Below, piece by piece: positions 57,747 to 64,000 of a stretch of 64,000 bases of DNA. The stretch lies in NCBI GenBank assembly GCA_963790025.1, contig CAWBMP010000004.1:1440001-1504000 (forward strand), written 5' to 3'. The stretch's first letter is position 1, and each line of letters opens with the position of its first letter. Under the pieces are notes generated by a model. That model was not told the origin of the DNA. It searched no databases and saw nothing but the letters and a program-made list of their open reading frames with translations. Made by a program: the position numbers and the translations under genes. This DNA comes from Nitrospirota bacterium (GTDB lineage: Bacteria > Nitrospirota > Thermodesulfovibrionia > Thermodesulfovibrionales > Dissulfurispiraceae).

Positions 57747-58732
57747 TACATAACACAATAAACGTCCAGGACATATTTTCCAGCTATGCAGAAGAGCTGA
57801 AAGCTGTTGAGGAGCGGCTCCTCGGTATCTTCAGCAGCAACGTCTTCCTGATTCCGATGGTGGGACAGCATATCATCAGCGGCGGAGGGAAGCGGATGCG
57901 GCCGTTATTTCTTCTGCTCAGTGCCGACCTTTGCGGGTATAAGGAGTCTAACCGTGCTATGCTTGGGGCGATTATTGAGGCAATACATACCGCATCTTTG
58001 CTGCATGACGATGTTATAGACGGTGCCGAGACCAGAAGAGGAAAGCCGGCCTCACAAGCGCTCTGGGGAAACCAGGTCGTTATACTGGTTGGAGACTTCC
58101 TGTATTCGAAGGCACTGAAGATCGCAGTGGACCAGAAAAATCAAAAGATTATGGAGGCGCTTTCAGATGCCACGACTAAAATGACCGAGGGTGAAATTCT
58201 ACAGCTTAACAAAGTCGGTGATCCTGAAATAACCAGAGAGGAATATTTCGATATTATAGCGGCTAAAACAGGTGTCCTGATATCAGCGGCATGCAGGATC
58301 GGAGGAATTCTGGCAAACCAGTCTGCAGAAAATGAAATGGCGCTTGCGCGCTTCGGGATGAAGACCGGTATAGCCTTCCAACTTGCCGATGACATCCTGG
58401 ATTATGTTGCTGATGAACAAAATCTCGGCAAAAAGCTCGGCAAGGACCTGGAAGAAGGCAAGATCACCATGCCTCTTATTTATCTTCTTAAGAACGCATC
58501 CGATGCCGAGCGGGACGAAATCAGGGACATTATAAAGGAGATGGCTGAAAGCGAAGAGGGTCTCCGGCGGATAATAGCGCTGTTTGCACAATACCATGCA
58601 ATAGACGAGTCCCTCAAAATAGCTAAGGACCTTATTGAGGAGGCGAAAGCTGAACTTGATGTCTTTCCCGATTCTCTTAGAAAGGAAGCACTCCTGATAA
58701 TGGCCGAATACGCAATGCATCGAAAGGAGTAG
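57743..58732 (+). CDS. Polyprenyl (octaprenyl-type) diphosphate synthase
   Basis: [31 protein letters not shown]. Confidence 0.93.
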   Translation: MIHNTINVQDIFSSYAEELKAVEERLLGIFSSNVFLIPMVGQHIISGGGKRMRPLFLLLSADLCGYKESNRAMLGAIIEAIHTASLLHDDVIDGAETRRGKPASQALWGNQVVILVGDFLYSKALKIAVDQKNQKIMEALSDATTKMTEGEILQLNKVGDPEITREEYFDIIAAKTGVLISAACRIGGILANQSAENEMALARFGMKTGIAFQLADDILDYVADEQNLGKKLGKDLEEGKITMPLIYLLKNASDAERDEIRDIIKEMAESEEGLRRIIALFAQYHAIDESLKIAKDLIEEAKAELDVFPDSLRKEALLIMAEYAMHRKE

Positions 58733-58734
58733 AC

Positions 58735-59244
58735 ATGCACCCTTATGTCGAACTCGCCAAGAAGGTCATAGAGGACTATATAACCCGCAGAGAAGTGCCG
58801 CCACCTCCCGAAGAAGTTCCTGCCGACATGAAGAAACAAGCCGGAGTTTTTGTCTGCCTTAAGATCGGAGACAATCTCCGCGGGTGTATCGGAACGTTCC
58901 TTCCGACGTATGCGAACCTTTATGAGGAAATCGTAAGGAACGCGCTCGCAGCCGCTACAGAAGACCCCCGGTTTCATCCGCTGCTGGAAACCGAGTTGAA
59001 AGCGCTCCGGTATTCAGTCGACGTTCTGTCTGAGCCCGAAAAAATAAAAGACATTTTGGAACTGGATCCCAAAAAGTATGGAATCATTGTGATAAAAGGT
59101 GCAAAAAAGGGCCTATTGCTTCCCGACCTTGAAGGAGTAGATACAGTTGAAGATCAACTGAGAATAACAAAAATGAAGGCCGGAATAGATCCCCTTGATA
59201 AAAATGTCGAAATATTCAAATTCAGCGTAGAAAGATACAAATAG
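58735..59244 (+). CDS. AmmeMemoRadiSam system protein A (AMMECR1 domain)
   Basis: GVFVCL...[25 protein letters not shown]. Confidence 0.9.
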   Translation: MHPYVELAKKVIEDYITRREVPPPPEEVPADMKKQAGVFVCLKIGDNLRGCIGTFLPTYANLYEEIVRNALAAATEDPRFHPLLETELKALRYSVDVLSEPEKIKDILELDPKKYGIIVIKGAKKGLLLPDLEGVDTVEDQLRITKMKAGIDPLDKNVEIFKFSVERYK

Positions 59245-59353
59245 AGAAGTAAGCAGCAGGCAGTAAGAAGCAGGCAGCAATAGCAAACCAGGATTTTTTC
59301 GGACTTTTCTGTTGTTTGCTGCTTACTGCCTACTGCTTACCGGTTCCCGTCTT

Positions 59354-60709
59354 TTAATGCGAATGGTTTTTGTTCGCAAGCCGGTCATGGACGAAACTGA
59401 TGTCAACGCGAAGGCCGTAGAATTGATCGGCAAACGATGCCGGCACCTTCATTTTATTGACTTCCCTGTCGAGATCATGAAGACGGGCTAACAGTTCTTC
59501 ACGCTTCCCGGGTGCCATTTCCACCATCATATCCCGTTCGAGGAGCATCAACTCACGGTACCACCGGTAGAAGCGCAGCATGACTCGCCATCGCAATATT
59601 GCCGGGATAATTCGCAGTCCCGGGACCAAAACCACAACTATCGGCACAAATACCACTATGATACGGTTCGCCAGACTTGCCATCCAGAACGGAAGATAAC
59701 GATAGAGGAAAGTCTTGCCTGTTTTATAATAACGGATTGCATCGGAGCTTATGCTGAATTCATGCTGCAGCGGAACCGGGAATTCGCCCGCACGACGGAG
59801 CAGACCGGCAGTTCCGTGGACTTCACGGGCCGCATCGAGCAATAAATCGGACAGCGCCGGATGCAGCCCGGCACGCGCGATGAGTTCGACCGCGGGACCG
59901 ATCAGATGGATATCATGGTCGGGTATGTCTTTGCCGAAATCTACAGAACCCTCTGGAAGATCCATCTTGTTCAGATAGGTGATGCGGCGTGTATAACCAT
60001 CCGCCTGTGTAAAATCAAAAAGCCGGATTCCCGGTGTGCGAAGGAGCAACCGCATGTTCTGCACTGACGCCGATTCTCCCATCATAAACGCGGCATCAAC
60101 ACTGCCTTTGATCAGGGCTTTAGCCTCGTCGTCACCGTCCAGGCCAACCAGCACGGTCTCGCCATTCTGTTCTAAGCCGTTTTCTGCAAGCAGTGCCAAA
60201 GCCAGAGTCCGGGTACCGCTGCCTACAGTGCCTATAGCGAGCCGTTTGCCTTTCAATTGGGAAAGGAGGACGACATGTTCATTGCTGCGGTAGAAAATCA
60301 GGAGCGGTGAGTAGTACATGCTCCCGAGCGATATCAGCTTATCTATTTTGGTCCCGTTGGTTATCCCACCCTGAACTAACCCGACGTCGACCTGGAATGA
60401 AGGATCTGCAAGCCGCCTGAGATTTTCGAGAGCGCCCTCGGATGGCAGTATCTTCAGCTTTACGCCGTTGCGTGCCAGAATCTTGGCGTATTTCTCGGCA
60501 TTCATTTGGTAGATGCTGCCCTTGGGACCGGTAGTGATGATAATGGTGTTGGGAGGAGCCGAATGAAAGAACCAGAAACCACCGATGAGCGTAACCAAAA
60601 CGATCAAAATAGTGGCACTGAGCGCTGCAGCGCGACCGAGCCCGAAAGTCTCGGTGAATATTGTCTGGACCTTATTGAACCCGATTTTGTGGTATGGCTC
60701 CAACTTCAT
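59354..60709 (-). CDS. TAXI-family TRAP solute-binding protein with C-terminal membrane extension
   Basis: ITTGPKGSIY, SEGALENL, VQGG, GSGTR, RYLPFW. Confidence 0.82.
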   Translation of the reverse strand: MKLEPYHKIGFNKVQTIFTETFGLGRAAALSATILIVLVTLIGGFWFFHSAPPNTIIITTGPKGSIYQMNAEKYAKILARNGVKLKILPSEGALENLRRLADPSFQVDVGLVQGGITNGTKIDKLISLGSMYYSPLLIFYRSNEHVVLLSQLKGKRLAIGTVGSGTRTLALALLAENGLEQNGETVLVGLDGDDEAKALIKGSVDAAFMMGESASVQNMRLLLRTPGIRLFDFTQADGYTRRITYLNKMDLPEGSVDFGKDIPDHDIHLIGPAVELIARAGLHPALSDLLLDAAREVHGTAGLLRRAGEFPVPLQHEFSISSDAIRYYKTGKTFLYRYLPFWMASLANRIIVVFVPIVVVLVPGLRIIPAILRWRVMLRFYRWYRELMLLERDMMVEMAPGKREELLARLHDLDREVNKMKVPASFADQFYGLRVDISFVHDRLANKNHSH

Positions 60710-60713
60710 TCTT

Positions 60714-61187
60714 TTACCTTCTTTTGAACTCCCCGCTTTTGCCGCCGCGTTTTTCGAGCAGCATGATATCTGATATAACCATTTCCTTGTCCCCTGATTT
60801 GCACATATCGTAAATAGTGAGTGCCGCCGCAGACACAGCAACAAGCGACTCCATTTCTACCCCTGTCTGGCCGGTTATCTTTACCGTGCTCCTGATGTCA
60901 ATCCTCCTCTGGTCTTCGTCAAAAGAAAAATCTACGGTTACCGAAGCTATGTTCAGGGGATGGCACATAGGGATCAATTCAGGGGTTTTTTTGGCTGCCA
61001 TGATGCCTGCAATCCTTGCTACGCCGAGCACATCGCCTTTTTGAATGGAACCCTCTTTTATGAGTTGCATTGTTTCAGGCTTCATATATACAGAACCTGC
61101 AGCGACAGCCTCGCGGGTGGTCGGAGTTTTTCCGGAAACGTCAACCATGCGCGCCTTTCCCTCTTCGTCAAAATGGCTAAATTTCAT
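60714..61187 (-). CDS. moaC: Cyclic pyranopterin monophosphate synthase
   Basis: ARMVDVS, LIPMCHP, TGVEMES, YDMCK, GGKSG. Confidence 0.96.
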   Translation of the reverse strand: MKFSHFDEEGKARMVDVSGKTPTTREAVAAGSVYMKPETMQLIKEGSIQKGDVLGVARIAGIMAAKKTPELIPMCHPLNIASVTVDFSFDEDQRRIDIRSTVKITGQTGVEMESLVAVSAAALTIYDMCKSGDKEMVISDIMLLEKRGGKSGEFKRR

Positions 61188-61251
61188 AACGCACCTCAAA
61201 TTAAGGCTAACGGCTAAGGGGTTAATAGGGCCTTTCGCCTGCTATTGTATG

Positions 61252-62598
61252 TTATAACGGAGACCAGCCCGGGTTGAGCGCCTTTATGCTCTTCGGTGTT
61301 ATCCTCATGCGTCCCTCTCCGCTAATCCGTATAATATAAACCGCTTTTTGGCCTTCCACATTCGATGTAAAAGTCAGGTATCTGCCGTCAGGTGAGAAAG
61401 AGGGGCTTTCGTTGTTTCCTTTATCGGTAACCTGGATAATGCCGGTGCCGTCAGCCTTAATGACAAACAGCTGGTTTTTCCCTCCTATCATGCTGGTGAA
61501 TGCAATTTTATCTCCTTGCGGAGACCATACAGGAGAGGTGTTGTAGTTGCCCTGAAAGGTCAGCCTTCGTATGTCATAACCGTCCGGGTCTGCAATGTAT
61601 ATTTGAGGACTGCCTGACCTGTTTGAGACAAAGACGATAGATTTCCCATCAGGAGAAACCGAGGGTGAAACATCTATCCAGGGTGAGGAAATAATTTTCC
61701 TGCCTCTTGTATTTCCCAGGTCGGCGACATAGATGCCGGGCTTGCCGTCTTTTGTAGAGCTGAAAAGAAAATTATAATTATTGGGGAAAAAGTTGCCTGC
61801 TATATTCAAGCCGGTCATCAGCCCAAGGTTGCGCTCCTTCATGGTATTCATATCGAGCAGGTATATTCCCCATTGGCGCTGCCGCTCGGCAGAATAAAGA
61901 AGTTTCGACTTGTCCGATGCCCAACGGGGCGCCAGCAAAATATCACTGCTTAACCCGATGCCCTGCATTCTTTGGCCGTCCCAGTCCATAAGCTGCAGTT
62001 CCTTTTTTCCCCCCTTGTCGCTGACGAACACAATTCTTGTTTTGAATATACCCTGCTGTCCGGTAAGGATAGTATAAACATCGTTTGCAATGGAATGGGC
62101 GAGCGGCCGCACTAGGTCAGTAGTCGCAGCATAGTCTTTTTTCAGCACCTCTCTCCCTTCAGATACATCATAGGCGGATACATTTACGACAAATTTGTCC
62201 GGCGCAAAGACTGAAACCCTGCCTTTAACCACAAGCGCAACGCCGAGTCCCTGCCAGCTTGCGGTATTAAAGGGCTGATCAGGATGTTCGATTTGTGCAG
62301 CATCGTCAATACAGTCGAAAAGACCGGTAAAAGCAAGGTCATCTTTTACAATATCGGAAATCTGGTTGTTGCCTGTAAAACTCTGAACAGCGATTGGCAA
62401 TTTCTTAAAGGTGGGCGAAGTAATATCGATGTAAATTTTATCTGCGGAAGCCGGGGACTCAGGACTGAGGACTGAGGTAGGAGTTTGGAGATAAAAAAAT
62501 GGCGGACAAAGGATGAAAAAAAGCAAAGAACAAAGAAAAACTAAATGCCTTGTAACAATTATTCTGAATTTTATTGCATGCCTGGCCTTTTCTTTCAT
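61252..62598 (-). CDS. tolB: Tol-Pal beta-propeller protein TolB
   Basis: TolB N-domain (AHSIAND...GIFKTRI), PD40 repeats (SPDG, WSP). Confidence 0.92.
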   Translation of the reverse strand: MKEKARHAIKFRIIVTRHLVFLCSLLFFILCPPFFYLQTPTSVLSPESPASADKIYIDITSPTFKKLPIAVQSFTGNNQISDIVKDDLAFTGLFDCIDDAAQIEHPDQPFNTASWQGLGVALVVKGRVSVFAPDKFVVNVSAYDVSEGREVLKKDYAATTDLVRPLAHSIANDVYTILTGQQGIFKTRIVFVSDKGGKKELQLMDWDGQRMQGIGLSSDILLAPRWASDKSKLLYSAERQRQWGIYLLDMNTMKERNLGLMTGLNIAGNFFPNNYNFLFSSTKDGKPGIYVADLGNTRGRKIISSPWIDVSPSVSPDGKSIVFVSNRSGSPQIYIADPDGYDIRRLTFQGNYNTSPVWSPQGDKIAFTSMIGGKNQLFVIKADGTGIIQVTDKGNNESPSFSPDGRYLTFTSNVEGQKAVYIIRISGEGRMRITPKSIKALNPGWSPL

Positions 62599-62632
62599 TC
62601 TTTTACCTCTAACCTCTGTCCTCCAATTTTTG

Positions 62633-63346
62633 TTATGGCCTGAATCTTACTCCTAATTCCATTTCATGCAGCGGTTTCGGCAGAGGGCTCGCCATCGTTA
62701 TGGCCCTCAGGACAGAACGGTCGAAAAGTGAATTTCCCGAGCCCTTTTCCATCTTTTCTACTGTAACGGTGCCGTCCCCTGCAATTTTAATTGAAACAAT
62801 AGTTTCCAAATCCCTATCAAGTGTATCAGGAAATATCCACTGTTGCCGGATCTTTCCCACAACCAGCGAATAATAATCATTGCCGCCCCCATTAGGACCG
62901 CCACTGCCGCTTTCGTTATTACCCGGTCCGGCACCGGAAAAGTTTTTCGAGTGCGTTAAACTCCGGCTGGAGCCTACATCTACGATTTTTCTGAGCGCTG
63001 CCATTTTTTCCAGCCTTTTTATGGCCTGGAGCGCCCTTATCTTTTCTTCCGGGCTGACTGTATAAGTTCTTTTTTTCTCCGGTATCGTCATCGGCGGTTT
63101 CACCACAGGTTTTTGTGCCGGTTTGACAATCTCCTGCTTTTCCTGCACCGGGGCCGGCGCCTCCGGAGCGACAGCCGGCTGACCGCCGCCTTCATGCCCT
63201 GTCTCTTCGTCCGTGAGAGATACCATGTAAGGCGTGACGTGATGTTGCGTGTAGAATTCACGTGCTGCGAAAAATGAGAGGGCTACAATTAAAGCATGCA
63301 GAAACAGGGAAAGAGTGAGGGCGCCGTATATGCCGGGGACCTTCAT
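62633..63346 (-). CDS. tolA: TolA/TonB-family energy transducer
   Basis: TM with SLFLH motif, Pro-rich linker, SGNSLFDRSVLRAI...PLP; lies between tolR and tolB. Confidence 0.8.
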   Translation of the reverse strand: MKVPGIYGALTLSLFLHALIVALSFFAAREFYTQHHVTPYMVSLTDEETGHEGGGQPAVAPEAPAPVQEKQEIVKPAQKPVVKPPMTIPEKKRTYTVSPEEKIRALQAIKRLEKMAALRKIVDVGSSRSLTHSKNFSGAGPGNNESGSGGPNGGGNDYYSLVVGKIRQQWIFPDTLDRDLETIVSIKIAGDGTVTVEKMEKGSGNSLFDRSVLRAITMASPLPKPLHEMELGVRFRP

Positions 63347-63744
63347 TTAAGCGAAATTTTGGGCTCGGTTATCATACCGAGCTTTTCTATGCCTGCCTCC
63401 TTTACCTCTCCCATGACTTGAACAACCAGACCGTATGGGACATCCTTGTCCGCCTTAAGAAACACGTTCGGATTGAGCTTGCTTACAGAGGCAAGCTTCT
63501 TTGTCAGTTCTTCCATTGATATGTGGTTATCGTTCAGGTAAATATCGCCGCCTTTTTTAATGACGATTGACAGCCTTTCCTCCGGAGGCAGGTCCTTGCC
63601 CTTTGCCTGCGGCAAATTTACATCGATTCCCTGCTGAAGCAGCGGTGCAGTAACCATAAAGATTATGAGAAGCACAAGCATGACATCGACAAGCGGGGTT
63701 ACGTTTATCTCCGACATGACGGCCCTATTTCTGGCAGGTTTCAT
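63343..63744 (-). CDS. tolR: TolR/ExbD protein
   Basis: INVTPLVDVMLVLLIIFMVTAP, ADKDVPYG. Confidence 0.92.
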   Translation of the reverse strand: MKPARNRAVMSEINVTPLVDVMLVLLIIFMVTAPLLQQGIDVNLPQAKGKDLPPEERLSIVIKKGGDIYLNDNHISMEELTKKLASVSKLNPNVFLKADKDVPYGLVVQVMGEVKEAGIEKLGMITEPKISLK

Positions 63745-63753
63745 TTTGGACGG

Positions 63754-64000
63754 TTATTTGAGAATATAGTCAAAAAGCTCTTCGGAGAAATCTTCCATTT
63801 CAATGATCATGCGATTTGCCTTGCTCAAATAGAAGTTGTAGCCAACTACTGCAGGGATAGCTGCAGCAAGGCCCATGGCAGTAGTAATGAGCGCCTCGGC
63901 AATCCCAGGCGCCACAACAGCAAGAGACGCTGACCCTGCGCTGCCGATCCCCCTGAAGGCATTCATTATGCCCCAGACGGTCCCGAACAATCCGATAAAC
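63754..64000 (-). CDS. tolQ: TolQ/ExbB (3' part; runs off the window)
   Basis: GLFGTVWGIM, VAPGIAEAL, AAIPAV. Confidence 0.9.
   Translation of the reverse strand, partial: FIGLFGTVWGIMNAFRGIGSAGSASLAVVAPGIAEALITTAMGLAAAIPAVVGYNFYLSKANRMIIEMEDFSEELFDYILK

Overview
Bacterial chromosome segment; the gene complement (Rnf, Pnt, DsrC/TusE-family, YeiH exporter, GSU3473-like, UGA-recoded DsbC) suggests an anaerobe of the Nitrospirota/Desulfobacterota type (inference). Bases 1-~3665 are the end of a phage-like integrative element inserted into comM. Core genes follow: pntAB, an FNT channel with a PilZ tail, DRTGG/PHP/kinase signalling genes, glgA-galT, surE-pcm, rnfCDGEAB, mltD, a DEAD-box helicase, mgtA, mtnA, moaC and tolQRAB. 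The most striking structure is a three-level nested island at tRNA-Leu(GAG). (1) A 5.38-kb non-autonomous Tn7-like element (46042-51420) has Tn7-like TnsB sites, atypical TAT...ATA termini and a 4/5 target duplication. (2) Just inside it lie 117-bp near-perfect inverted repeats around a methyltransferase gene. (3) Nested within is a 3.73-kb IS1-family transposon (21-bp TIRs, perfect 8-bp TSD) carrying a proteasome-beta-like Thr hydrolase, an AAA+ ATPase and a small basic protein, with leaderless promoters sharing an operator. Other highlights are a selenocysteine DsbC (UPYC plus SECIS), a candidate leader-peptide attenuator of mgtA, a solitary attC-like site, and a family of hexamer/heptamer-repeat palindromes. 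All calls come from reading the sequence and motifs; no database searches were run.
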